A stretch of DNA of 64,000 nucleotides from Balanoglossus misakiensis (GCA_040954595.2 CM082584.2:7335919-7399918), one strand, 5' to 3'; counted from the stretch's first letter, positions 1 to 13,960 are shown. Translations and numbers: made by a program. The notes: generated by a model not told the origin, from the sequence alone.

Positions 1-2575
1 ATTTTTCCCTTTATTTTAGACCAATTGCACATAAGTTTTCATTGTCTACAGGTCTTGATAAAAAATTTTTTTAAAAATATATGGTGAAAGTTATGAGGTT
101 GAAACTAATGTACAGTGTATTAGTATCATTGGAATGTTGACAACTGTCAGAGTGCATTAAATTGTGTTTGCAGTGAATTCTTTTGAAATATACAGGTCCC
201 AGTTTCCCCTGGCCAGCAATTCTGACACAAGACACCTTTGTTGAACTATCAGTCAAATAGGTATAATCTTCTGTTCTGGTCTCGTAAAGGGTTAAAGATC
301 ATGTGATAATTATAGACGGTGTGTTAACAAGTCTGAAAATTACATGTACTTGTATAATATGTAATGTATTCTCTTAAGTCGTCAAGTCAAGAAAGCTACT
401 GCTCCCCCCCCCCCCCAACGCACACGTGACAATTTCTGGTGTTGTTTTGCAAAGGACTGAACTATAAACATATATATTGAGAATTAAAATCCACATAGCC
501 AAATTAAAGTATCATCTACATTGAATGTTAAGCACACACAGCTGCGTGGAGTGAAAAATATGTGGACTTGTGTGTGATTACCTGGGTGGTTGTATGTGTG
601 GGTGGGTTGTTTGGCCTGATACAGGGGTCATGCAGTTCGCATAATCACGGTTACTTCCCTCTTAAAGTTGTAAAAAAAATTCACCTGTGTTGAGTGATCC
701 GTTTTATAGAAGTTTTTTTTTTATCTTGTAAAATGTAATTATTGCCCAACTTGTGTTATTTCTGCATTCCTTTTGAAATTCCGGAATTTTAATCTGGAGT
801 TTGTTCGTTAAAGTTAGTTTCGGGTTGTTCATTAACACCAGTCCAAACATTTTCAGTTTCGATGGCCCTTTGTGTGGCCAAGGTGTGTTATTAATGCCTG
901 CGTAACCGTGAAGTCGTGTTCCTGGTATTGAGCGTTCAGTCATTGTGACGACGTAGGGTCATTCACACGTCAGTGCACACAACTCTCTGGTTCCAACTCA
1001 AAGGGTGACAGTGTTCTCATTCACAGTACATCGTCTTGGGGTTCGATTCATCTGAAAACGAAAGCACCTCATGGTGATAAACAGAAAGAGAGAATGAAAG
1101 AGAGATGACTGCTGATTCCTTGTGTCTACTATAAACAGAAAGAGACTTGAATAGAGACATTCAGTGTGGAAACTATGAGTCACATGTCTTCATAAATTTG
1201 GTCTTCGTTTTCTTCCCTTTTTATTTTAACACAAAAGATTCCTTGTTTTCTTCAGGTTTCGAAAGGTTCACAAACTTTTGGAAAAGAAATTTTACCCCTC
1301 AATTGGTAACAGTACACATTTCCCACAATGCAATGTGTCTGTTCGTACAGGAAAAGAGTGTGGGTGTAGCAAACAGGTGTCTGCCTTTTGATTGGTCAGT
1401 TACTAATTTGAACTGTTACTGGTACACATTTGGAATTATTGATTGGAAGTTAAACAACAAAGTTAATTAATGTTTCATTCAGGGTGGCTTGGGGTTATGG
1501 CTGGGAAAAGCCAATAATGAAGTCTGTGTTTCATTTTCACGGTTTCAGTTCAGACCAAAATAATCATGTTTGATTACATATTAAGCTCAGGAGGAAGTTT
1601 TGGCAATATTAAGAAGCTTGTGTTTGATTGTTTGGTTTCGGTGGTTTCAATCAGTATACAGAAGTAAGGCTGAGAAACCTGGACACTAAGTGTTTGATTT
1701 CAGTGCTTTTAATCTGAACCAATAAGGACATACTGCACCCAGCTACAGATTCTTAACTTTGCTGTCACGACTCTGAACAATGAACAATCGGCCACAGGTT
1801 TTGACCTTTGGCCCGTTTTCACCAAGGTAGTCACTGGTATTGATCACTAAACAAACAGGCTCTAAACTGCAGGCATCCGTCTATTGTCACTTTTTAAACT
1901 TAAATTTGCTTATACTCTGCTCATGGAAATGTTTTTCTGCTGTTAAAGTCAAGGAAGAAAATTTGGATTTATGTCTAGTGTACAAATTGTGACCCGAGAA
2001 CCAATTTACAGTACATGTACCATATCTCAGATTTATAAATTCTTAAAATTCTCTATGCAGTTTTCAATACTCAATATGGCCGCCTGCAGCTGCCGAGATC
2101 CGTGTCGTAAAAAGTTATGGGAGCCGTTTGAACATTATTGATTTTGTTTACCTCAAGGCTGTGAGCAGAAAACATTCATCACTTTCTCGTTTAAGGGGAA
2201 ATAACCGCACCTTGAGTCTTGATTCAATTTTATAGCAATGAATGGTAATAAAATTGATTTCAGCTTATATGTACGTGTTGCTTTCAAAATTCTTGGCAGA
2301 CATTTGAACTGGTAGAGGAGAGACTGTCTATAGGCAATTGATAAGTCCATGAACTTTCTGATGCAGTTGTGTGCTTAGCAATTTTGATTTTAAGTGTCCT
2401 AATAAATGTGGCTTAGCTAGCATTGGCCAAAATCCGTCATATCCTTGCTTTAGTAACAGCAATGACACTTCTGTGATGTAATAAATGCTCTGAAATTTCG
2501 AAGTGGAAAGTGTTATATAAGTTGAAATCTTTGCTTTAGTTAAAAAAAATCTCTCTCCCTTTTGATTGTTTTCAG

Positions 2576-5500
2576 TGACAATTTCCCCAGAGAGTCTTAT
2601 CATACACAGACGGAGTCTTCTCCTACTTCGGTGTTCTGTGAATGCAAGCAGTCCGTACAGCGCCGATGACTTGTTGTGGTATTTCAACGGTGAAGAACTG
2701 TCGGATCAGTTTTATGAAGTTGAAGGCCGTTCTACCGTATCGCTTTCCGTAGAGGAAGCAGACTTTGCCAATTCCGGGACCTACTCCTGTGGAGTTGCCG
2801 GGGATACCGCTGAAAATGCTGCCATGGCAACCGTCACAGTTGGAAGTGAGTTAACTTTTTGACTTCCCTTCACACCCTTGGTACGATACCCCCGTCACTG
2901 ATGGGTACATGTTCATGGCTTTACCACTTTTTATTTTGTTTTCGCAGAGACACCTGATGGCGCACTTAGCTGCAGGTCTCCCAATCATATGAACATATAT
3001 TGTTCTTGGAAGGAAACCTTCTCCAATCTGCCGTCGACTTCCATTTTCTCTTGGAGACTTTAGTAAGTGAATGAGTTTACTGTTCATATGTTACATTTTT
3101 TGATGATACAGAACTGCAAAAAGTGAGTCTGAACATCGACTGTAAATTTACTGACATCATGTTCTCTCTATCAATGTAAATTTGCAGCCACACCTATTTA
3201 TATGAATCCTGTGGTTCGGATCTTGATGGCGATGGAGTTTTGTGTGTCTACACAGGAGACAACAGTTGTTACTTCCCGGTGGATCACGGAACGTTACATA
3301 TTATGAGGCTGAACTTGACCAATGCACTTGGAAGCAAGTATATAGAGATGTACTTTAACCCTGATAGAGAAAGTAAGTATACAGTATGATATGAGATGAG
3401 TCCAGCAACTTTGATCAAATAGGAGCACAGTGTCCACGGTGCTATTTTTAATCAAGTCATTTCAGAATCACAGCATCCTTCAATATCTTCCAATTTTCAG
3501 CTATACCGAATCAACCACAGAATGTGATGGCAGCAGCCGACAGTTCTGAATCTGTTACTCTGACTTGGTCCATGCCCGTGGATTGGAAAGGTCATTTGTA
3601 TCATCTGATCTACAAGACAGCATACACCGATGACCCGTCGTCCAGGAGCGCATGGATAGAGGTACATGTACGCTTCCGAGTTTTGACTAGCAGTGGGCCA
3701 TGCGCAGAATGGGGCTGGAACTGCCATGGCTATATAAATGCCCATGCATGCCAGTTTGGTGTAAATTAAAGTTCCATTCATTTATAAATGGCACAGCTAA
3801 TCATAACAGCCCGAGTAGGATTTCAGTAAATGAAGCAAAGTGTGTCATATTATAAAATGCTAGCAAAGAAGTTTACCAACGTGATCGGATTTTTGTTTTA
3901 AATCTCCCCAGGAAATCCACGCACACAATCCTGATAAAACACAGCATGAATTCAAAGGACTGGAGGTATTCACGGAATATTCCTTCAGAGTGGCTTGCAT
4001 ATCTGAATATGCTAACCCAGAGGGTCTTGCTGATGATCGCACGTGGAGTGCGTGGTCCGATGTTGCCACTGTTAGGACAAAGCAGGCAGGTAGGTAGCTT
4101 TATGTGTAAATATACATGTCGTTGAAGTCGTCAGACTTTGTGTATAACCAAGCTGGCTTTGTTTTTCATGTGAAATACATGTGCATGTTAATGTTACATT
4201 GTTAGCGTCAATCTCAGCAGTATAGTGCCAAATTACTTTCTCTAGAAGCAGTGTGTGAAGTCCAGTTGCAGGTGGTTCTGCAAATTGTGACAAAATCTCC
4301 ATTTCCATACTTATGTTATTCGTCACTTCTTGTCAAAACAGCAACGTGAGAATCCTGAAAAAATATCCAAGCAACCATCCCTTAGTATGATAATAGATTT
4401 TCATTTTTTCTAATTTTAGCCCCGAGGGAAAGAGTTGAGATTATAGTTAATCGACATGAAGAAACCGGGGATGACGAAACAAGAACTCATGTTCTAGAGT
4501 GGCAGGTAAGAGATCTGTAATCAGTCGTCTTAGAAGAAAAAATATTTCTTGTCACTGCAGAAAAAATATTTCTTGAAAATCACAGTTATTAAAAATTGCA
4601 ATAGAAAGTTATTTTACAATTTCATCTTTTAGAAGAGTGAACATTTAAACGGGAAAGCAGCCAAAGAAGCCAATATCTAACAAATCTAAAAAATAATTAA
4701 AATTGTGCCCTCATTGAAATAAAAACTGTAACAGAGACTTTTTTCTTATTATTCCAGCCACTCAGTCCAAGTGATGCCAATGGAATTATACTGGGCTATA
4801 GGATATATGTATTGGTGTTGAATCAGACACTGAATTCATCTGAAATGAATGATACCAAAATTTCTCAATCATATGCAGATGTAGGGGCCCTTGTCAAAAT
4901 GTACAACATACCAGTTAATCAAACTCGCTACAAACTTACAGGTGGGTTAATCTTTGTGAGGTGCCATGGGGTGAATAAATAGCGCCAGTGGCACTGTGAC
5001 TCCTATACATACATGTTCTTAGTTTCCATACCATGCAATTCTGAGTGTGTGTTTGTGTGTGTGGATGTAATTTCCACACTCACACTTGGAATTATAGGTG
5101 ACTAACTGTGAGATTTTACGCAGAAGTGCATCGTAGACTGTCAGTAATGAGAAAAAATCAAACATATATACAGTACTCGTCATCGAATTGTCAAGGCAGT
5201 ACCATGCTTCAGCAACCAATAACATGAATTTCATCATATTCTGATTTTCACACAGGTCTTAACCCGGAGCTCGATTACCACATTGACATCGTGGCATACA
5301 ACAGTGTTGACGAATCTCCACCAGCCTCTGTCACCATTTCAGCCATTCAAACAGACACAAGTAAGGAATTAATAATTCTGTCAGCATTTTGTTCTACTTT
5401 GCAGTGAGTAAGAAAAAAACTACAGCAGCTAGAATGCCCTATGTAGGGTTGGACCATGGTTTAACCCTGCACAGGTACAAATGTATCACTATAATGCCTA

Positions 5501-7732
5501 CACTGACCTCATACTCAAACATTTGTTTGTTATTTCCCTTCAGAAACTGTGACAGAACCGGCCCACAAAGTTGCCTTGAAAGTGGTGGCCATTGTAGTCG
5601 GCGTTATCGTGTTTGTGATTTTATGTGTTCTGCTGACACGGCGCGGGTACAGAAAACTGAAGGATTATGGGTTCTTTGACCCTGTGGCAAAGCCGGAGTT
5701 TCCTTTTGACTTCGAGGTAAGTTGCTGGTCATTGCAATTGTGGTTGTGGGTAACGTTCATAGTGGCCTTCCAACATGGAATGCTTGCTCTGAAAGTGAAT
5801 TTATTTTTTGACGTGGGATTTAGCGCATGCAGCGCACACTAATGTGAGCAAATGTTTCGTTTCCAGGACAACGACGACCGAAATGTTCCACCAGAAAAAG
5901 CACTGCTTGACGAGTTTGTTGAAGTGTACGATGATTTGAGGAGATCTGGGAGCAAGCGGTCGAGCAAGAGTTTCCGCCCGGTCGACAAGGGGGCCTTCTA
6001 CAGCGCCGGGAGTCAGATCAGTTGCAATGCGGAAGTCGCGGGCAGCAATGACAAGCGCGGGCAGTATGTTAAGTTGAGAGGTGTGAATGATGTAGATGAA
6101 GGCATCTCTGCGGTCAGAAATGATAAAGTTGTCGACCTGCCACCGAAGACTCCACTTCCTGTCGGCCTCACCGACGGGTACTGTCAGGTCACCAACGAGG
6201 GACACATCACACAGCTTCCGAAGGCCCAGCAGACACCTCAGGCAAGCCCGACCAAGACCGCCAGACCGGAGGGCTACAGTCAGATGACGGAGAGCGGGCG
6301 CGCGGTCGAATCTCCGTGGAAACTGAGGACGGACAAGGCTGCATCAGATGGGAAGCATTCTCACCAAAGAGCAGACGTTGAACGTGGCAGCGGCGGGCGA
6401 ACCCCTTCAGAGGGGGACACCCCCTATTGCCAGGTGACGTCAGCCGGAATCAGTGTGGTGCCCGCCGGTCCACCGCAAAATCTCTCGACTGTACAAAGGA
6501 GTAACCCAAGCCCTCCCGCTGGAGGCTACTGCGAGTTGAACGCCCAGGGAAAGCCCGTCGTGGTCTCGGATCGCAATTGCAGGGACTCGGGACACCTGAG
6601 CAGCAATGAGGACGAAGCCGCAGACAGAGAATGCAGTGACAGGGAGGGTCCGACCGGCAAACCCAAGGACCGAAGTCCATCCGATAAAACCACCACCCGC
6701 CATTCAGGGCCCGACAAAGACACAGCTTCCAGTCGTGCACCGCAACAAGGTGCTGGTGGCTACTGCCAAGTCGGCCCAGGCGGTCAACCTGTGATGATCG
6801 GCAGAGACGAGACCAGCGAGCAGCCTCCGTGCAACGCCAGAAATTTGCCGGCAAAGAATGCACGCGAGTCGACCAGAGAGGAGTCGGGTTTGCCAACCAG
6901 TGGAAATTCAGATGCACCATGTCGAGCTGCGGAGAACGTACCACCAAGTCCCCCCCTTCCCGACTACCTTCAAATAACACAGGCTCCAAGTGTGGCACAG
7001 CCCTCATCAAGTAACAGCAGCACTGGCTCTGACTATGTAGGGGATTACTCTCAAATAACACAACCCAACGCTGGCAGTGCTGTCGGTAATGCCCAGGCTC
7101 CTGCCAACACCTTAAGTGACTACACTCAGATCACGACAAACCACCACCCACAAGCGGTGAATTCACAGGGGGTGCGACAGTCAGCGGAGTCGGGGATCAG
7201 CAGCAGCAGCGTGGACGATTATTCGAGATTATCGCACACCGAATCGGATTCTCCGTCATCAGCACCGCAGCAATCCAGAAACGTTGCAGTGCCTGCAGCG
7301 ACCGGAAGTCCAAGTGACAGCTACGTTGCGTACGCGCAGACAGATGCGGGTCGAACACGCTCGTCGCTGACACGTGCGAACGCGCAAAGTGGCAGTAGGG
7401 GCCAAGCCGGTCCAGTCGGCTATGTGGACCACAGTGTGGTGATTCCCCCAAGCCCCAAACACTCGCCTCAGAAACTTGCCACAAAATCTAGCCCTATAGG
7501 ACACCAAGAACCGACTCCCGTGAACAAACCTCCGCCACCTACAGACATTCAAAATGGCGGACACCAAACGGACAATTCATTTTCAGGCTATGTGACACAG
7601 GATCATATCTTATCGCTGTCGCAAAAGACACCTGTAGGGCAGAATTTAGATTTGGCAAAATGTAAGGTTGATGCCAAAGGAAAGCCATTATCTTTTGGTA
7701 TGCAAGTAAACAGCGATGGATATGTACAGTGA
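2576..7732 (+). CDS. Class I cytokine receptor, gp130/LIFR/Domeless-like (Ig - cytokine-binding module - FN3 - TM - long cytoplasmic tail); 5'-partial
   Basis: Phase-consistent GT-AG exons: 2576-2845 (Ig: LRCSV..LLWYFNG..DFANSGTYSC), 2948-3062 (LSCRSPNHMNIYCSW), 3188-3372, 3501-3661, 3912-4089 (FN3 ending TWSAWSDV, WSxWS at 4044-4058), 4420-4505, 4758-4941 (ANGIILGY), 5256-5360 (GLNPELDYHIDIVAYNS), 5544-5716 (TM VVAIVVGVIVFVILCVLL, then RRGYRK and Box1-like FFDPVAKP), 5867-7732 (tail, stop). Signal-peptide exon not identified. Confidence 0.9.
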
Positions 7733-10706
7733 GATTTACATGTTTGTGTGCTGGTGTGAGACATACACAGATAAATGAACATTCAATGTGAAACTTAACT
7801 CTGATATACTTCCAGATGTACTTAAAAAATCAACTTATCACCATTTTGTTGTTATGGACATCATAGTAATTTATGCTTTCATGAATGTTGAAATTTTCCT
7901 TTGAAAGAGTCTTGAGAATGTATTTTAGTTATTCTGATTTTGAACATTGCAAATAATTAATTTGCATGATGTTTTTGAAAAAAAGGAGAAGATTAGCCTA
8001 TTGATATCTTATAATTTCTCCATTGTCCTCACATACTTAATATTTTAATCAAGAGACCGACAGAGTGTTAGGCATTCTGATTAAATTTCCCATCTTTAAT
8101 AGTATATATAATCAGTCTATCTGGCCACACCCTCAAACTCTTTCTTTGATCCAACCGACACTACCCTGGATGTTGAATTTCATTAGATTTCACTCATTTT
8201 TTGGTCTGTTTATACCTTGTGATGTGTGATGAGCTATTAGAACCCAATGCTGTCAAACTTTATGACTGGTCCTCAATTCTTTCTTTTACCAAGACTTTTC
8301 TGGGAGGTGTTTAATCATCACCTTTTCTGAAGCAAAATGTTGTTTTCGTTAATATTTTTGCATATTCAATCAAGAGTAGATGTATTGATGGTGAGAGTGG
8401 TATGATCCTTAACAATGATTTTAATTGAGATTTTCTAGTATATAATTTTCTAGCCTTTTATAGAACTTTGTAAAATAAAGATTACCTTTCTTGTCATGTA
8501 AGAGATCATGTTTTACATCCTGTAAATGAAAGACTGAAATTTTCTTCAGACTCATGAACAAGCAGTCATTCATTGTGCGTAAGAAAATGAAATATTCCTA
8601 GGTTAGAGTTGTTCACAAAATACAACCATGTGTGGTCAAGGGTTGTATGGTGTGGCAGTTACATGTAGCTCGATCACTCGATTTTGTCATACACAGAGAC
8701 CGAGTTCTCATACAGAGTTATTTAGTATTATTTGATTATTAGGCTAATGACTCCCCACCTTTTATGGTTGCAAAATTCACTAGTTTAATTGTTAATAACA
8801 AACTTATGCAAATAATTGGTGTGCAGTAAAAAGTGCTTCCGTTATCGGACATATGTTCTAGTATGTGTCGGCCATATTGGAACCGTGTGATGTCATTGTC
8901 ATGCTCACTCTTGGTATTACCTCTATGCATTGCATTTTGAAGTCTTTAGCTCCATGAGTTTCAGAGCAGGCTTTATAATTAAAATTTTACAAATCTTCCA
9001 TGTAGATATATGCAAATTGATGCAAATTTTATTGATATTTACTTAGACATTATGCAAAGAAATATAAATGCTTGAATGTGAAGTTTTAAATGGTATGCAG
9101 AAGCTAGATGCAGTGGTACAGTAGTTTAGGCTGAAGATTTACAAACTTTCGTGTCAGTTTGTGACATTCAAATTGTGAAATGAGTGATTTGATGTTCTCA
9201 GGAAATTCTTATTACATGTATATACATATCTTGTTGCATGGAACTTGAGAGCGAAAATCATCTTGCATTTTGTTATTTTTGCTCAGATCACCAAATAGTT
9301 TTGTATTTTACTTAGAACAGTTTTACCATGTCTTCACCGCTCTGTATTTCTCACATTTCTTCAGTCTGTTTATTTTACAGGACTTTTTTGTCCTTCTGAG
9401 TGGTTGCAGAGAACTAAATAAAATAATTTCTTGTCTTTGGCTGGGATTCGGCCTTCCAAACTGACTTTGCTGAGATTAATTTTATAGATAACTCCAAAAC
9501 ACATACAATGCAAGTGGTCACTGTGTTTATAATTACTATATATACAGCAAAAGCCCGAGCTTTGCATATAGCGATTTATACTAGATTCGGCCTGATAAAG
9601 AGAATTTTGAAGTGTGTGAACATGATTTCTGGCTCTTCGCGTTGGTAGCGGAGGGACTGACAGTGCATTGGTGCATGAAACACAGCAAATTGAATTCAGA
9701 ACTTGATTTATGTTTGCCCTGTGCTGTTGATAGTCATTCTTCAGCTGTTTTCAGTTTCATACCTACATAACTGGTGTGGTACATGCACATTCTGTGCTGA
9801 GAATGAAACCCATGCAATTGAAAAAAGCAATTTCAGTTACCAAAAGTCTAATTGTTTCATCAATGCTTTTTATTGAATCACATTTTCAAATATAGTTTGC
9901 CCTAAAACTATTTCAGTATCCAGTTTATTTGGACATATATCGCACATAATGTATATTTCTCATCTGAAAAGAGGGATTTCAGTGAAGCGGGACTCAACTG
10001 ACCTTTATCTTACATGTGTTCATATGAATGCAAGTCAATTATCAACCTATTAAAGCCTGCATCCCCAGGCGAATTCAACTTTCCCATGATATCGTATTTT
10101 GTTCAACACCACAATGTAAAACTTTAATTGTTCAGTGGTGTATCAAACCGTTAATTCCCACATTGTAATTTTCTGGCTAACTTCCTTCAGATTAGGGACC
10201 CAACTTTGGCATGTCATGCATGTTTATTGCCTTTTATAGGATTTATAGCTGGTGAGCAAATATGTTCCCCATACCAGAAAAGAGGTCGCTCAACTGTGCT
10301 TCTTTACATTGACACACATTTTCCTGGAAAAACTACAACAGCTCACTGTCATCATCTACTATAACCTGGGGTTAGAGAATTTCCCTGTAAAATTTGGAAA
10401 TTTAGTGTGAGTACGTCCATTGATGAAAAATACCACCTTGAAATGATTGTTGTGTTTTCTGCTTAAAAGTTATTTTTTCTCAATTGTTCTATACAAAAAT
10501 GTTGGTGCTGTATGATAGATTTGACAAATTCGGCCCAAGTACAGAACATTATAATCACAAAACAACGGATTTGTCAAAACTCAACGGAAGAGGGCGCTTT
10601 AACCCGGAAATTTACGTGCATGAACTTTGACCCAGCGAAGAAGTTGCCAGTTGCCTGAAGTACAGATCGTCTTCCTAAAACCCATCTCATAGTTGTCAAC
10701 GATACG

Positions 10707-13063
10707 ATGGCGGACATCAAAGCCTATAAGATAATCACTGACATCGTACTTTTTCTAATAGGTGAGTCGATTAGCTGTACCCTGATTTCCTGAAAACGTA
10801 TGGAGGCAATATCAATAAGGCCGTATCAACTATCATTACCAATGACAACAAACACTGAAACAGTATATTTACTGAAGATGTGCCCGAGGCAGAAAACACC
10901 ATATTTGTGAATATAACAACAGAAATGGTGCGTGTGAAGTCCCGTAGCTAGTCGCCAAGTGTCATCGCGTTACAGTATCTGTCGCTGAATGCACCTGACA
11001 GGCTATAAACAAGGTCATGCTGCCCTTTGATTGCCTGGGTCACCAGCTACATGTACCACTCCCTCGTATCCTGCTGTGTGTTATTTGGTACACAGGCCGA
11101 TGGAGGGATGCTATGGGAAATTTCAGTCCTTTTGTTTTGTTCTCTTGCAGTGTTTATACCAATAATACTGGTGGAGTTATATGTGGCGCCTTTCCATCGA
11201 GGTTTTTATTGCGATGACAATTCCATCAAGTATCCCTACAAAACTGACACTATTTCAACACTCTTGCTCATAGTCCTAGGAGTGGCAATACCCGTCGTTG
11301 CAGTAAGTACAAGTGCTCCAGTTTACTCTGGGCCTGAGTTTTACTTTAGCTGTACTCATTTCTCATTAGTCTTGTGCCAGAACTTTTTACATAGACTAGC
11401 CAATTGGGTATAACAAATTCCTGGGAAGAACACCGTATTGATACAAGGACTCGCTTCCTTACAGATATTCTTCGTTGAAGTTGCACTGTACCTGAATGCG
11501 AAAAAAAGAACTGAGATAAGGGGTTCATATTTCCGCACCAGACACCTCAGCACACGATCTCTTCATCCGTTGGCTTATCACCTCTACTTCATCATCGGTG
11601 TCTTTGCCTTTGGGATGGCCACCACAAACTTGCTGACGCAGACAGTCAAGTTGATGGTGGGTCGGTTACGTCCACACTTCCTGACTGTCTGCCAGCCAAA
11701 TTATGATTTGTTTAATTGCTCGGACGGTTACATTGAGGCCGATGTGTGCACTGGTGATGCGGACAAAATCCACGAAGCTAGGTAGGTGGCACCCTGTCAT
11801 CATTAAAGGTATGGAGTCACTTCTATGAAATCATCTATATGGAGATTAGATGAATGATCTAACAGCTTCCTAAAATACATCAACTTAACTTCAAATACTT
11901 TCCAAAATTCCACACAAATGGTAATTTCAGTAGACCCTTGCTGCATTTTCATAACATGTAAAACTGTTTCTTTGTCTTGCATTTGTCAGATTGTCGTTTG
12001 TATCAGGGCATTCTTCAGTGGCCTGGTATTGCGCCCTCTATCTAGCTGTGAGTATATATAACTTTATGGTACTAGTTATTCAGTTTTCATTTTATCATAC
12101 ACCTACTGTGAGAACCAATATACTGGCATGGAAAACCAAGAAAATCTGAGCATTTCTCTATGATTCTGATTTTTATCAACACGTCCAGGATAAATGCATT
12201 TTTTGTTGTTTTTGTCATACTTGTTTGTTTTAGTTATATCTGGAGGTGAGATTTATGTGGAAAGTATCCAAGCTAGTGAAACCAGTGTTGCAAATTGCAG
12301 TGTTGATGTTAGCGTTGCTGTGTTCCTTGTCGAGGATATCAGATTATAAACACCATTGGAGCGACGTGTTGGGAGGAAGTTTGCTGGGAATTACTGTGGC
12401 TCTTTTAGTGGTGAGTATATGTAGATTTTGCGCTGCCCTGAACACCTTGGTGATCAATTCTATGCCATTATTCAGGGGTCATCTTCTAAGGAGAGTTCAA
12501 AGGGTTAAGTTTTTTTTATGTGTAATTACTTGTTCTTTATGAATGGTTGTTGGCAAGTCTTGAATCTGGCTTTTCTGGCTAAACTAGTATGTGTATGTGC
12601 ATGTTTGTGTGTGTATGGTAACATATATCAATGTTGTTAGCTTTTCTGTTGACTGTTTTATCTACAGGGTATTAAACTCAGTGTTGTGACCCTGAATAAA
12701 TGCATTGGTCTGTTGGCTTGGGAACACTGTCTAATCAGCCAATTCGACATCAGCAGGGGTACATTCTACTCAAGACTGTGACAGAGTCTATCTCAAGGCA
12801 AATTTAGTATCGCAGTTTAATAAAAACGTGTCACAATACTAACAGTTGGTTGCATTACATTCCCTGCATCATTGCTTTCTTCCATCGCTGGGAACTTCTA
12901 ACACCGACCTTGGCAAACTTTTCTCTTACAGTACTACTATGTGTCAGACTTACTCAAGATGCAGTTACCGTTGGCAACCAAGGACACGCCCCCAGAAAAC
13001 CATGATAACGGTGTCAAGGAGTCCCAAAATATGACAGACCGAGATATAGAAATCTCCGAATAA
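10707..13063 (+). CDS. Phospholipid phosphatase (PAP2/PLPP1-3/wunen-like), copy 1
   Basis: Exons 10707-10761, 11151-11302 (PFHRGFYCDDNSIKYPY), 11465-11781 (C1 motif KLMVGRLRPHF), 11990-12047 (C2 RLSFVSGHSS), 12234-12410 (C3 SRISDYKHHWSDV), 12932-13063; all GT-AG and in phase. Confidence 0.93.
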
Positions 13064-13822
13064 AGCAACCAACTGCGCTTGCTGTTGTCTTTGTTTATCG
13101 AGAGGGTATGGCAGTTTCAGTGGATAACTTTTAATGACTTTTAAATTGCTTAAATATTTAAGATGATAGAACCTGCAAATTGCTCATTACAATACATGTA
13201 CCATGTATGTTTTTCACTTCACTGAATTAAGCCAACCTCTCTCCACTCATCAACAAAACATCCACACTTTAATTAAAACATAAAACCAAGTGTCTGTCCT
13301 AATTCCTGTCATGTTTGCTGATCCTTCAACCCCTCCTCCCAAATGAAATGATCCAAATCCCAAAACCATATATGACATAATTTTTTTGTGATGCCTAATG
13401 TTATACAGTGCTTCACAACAAAACTGGAAAGAGCTTAGGACATTAGAGAACAACTTGGAGATGCGACTGTTAACTGTGGTAGTAGGGGTTGAAGTGTGAC
13501 CATTGCTATCATTGACTACTTGTGTATACCCTCTCTGTAAACAATTCAACACATGATAATCCTTGCGCCAACTGTCATCTTGGTTTTTCTGTCATTGCTG
13601 GCTAACTTCCATTTCTTTCACATTGAAATAACAGAGCTTGTTTTCCTTAAATTTGTTGCTAATATCATACACATCTTTTCAGGAGGTGTCGCACATTTAA
13701 GTACTACTGCTGGACAGATGGTCGGAAAAGTCTGCATGGGAGTTGGGTGGGTTGAAGTGATATGAGCACTGAAAATAAAACTCTTTTTTCACATTTTTAT
13801 CGTATTTTATTTGCATCTACAG

Positions 13823-13960
13823 TTTCGGTACGTCTCAGACCTCTTGAAGATGCCGTTGCCACTTGAAAAGAGGCAGGAAGACAGTTTGGAAATTGAATAC
13901 CGAGAAGAGGAAGCGTATATCCTCCAGGGTGATAGTGAACCTACGTATTATGGTGTATAG
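13823..13960 (+). CDS. Alternative terminal exon of PLPP copy 1 (duplicate of exon 12932-13063)
   Basis: Acceptor ttgcatctacag, phase 0. Translates FRYVSDLLKMPLPLEKRQEDSLEIEYREEEAYILQGDSEPTYYGV*, whose start matches YYYVSDLLKMQLPL of exon 12932-13063. Confidence 0.75.
   Translation, partial: FRYVSDLLKMPLPLEKRQEDSLEIEYREEEAYILQGDSEPTYYGV

Noticed and set aside
1-2575. Signal-peptide exon of the receptor, or other genes among the short ORFs
   Set aside because: No convincing ATG plus hydrophobic leader with a phase-1 donor was found; the region looks intronic and repeat-derived.
10321-10329. GAS-like TTCCTGGAA upstream of PLPP copy 1, and an ISRE-like GAAATGAAAC near 23608
   Set aside because: Short isolated motifs are expected by chance in 64 kb, and there is no clustering or supporting evidence.
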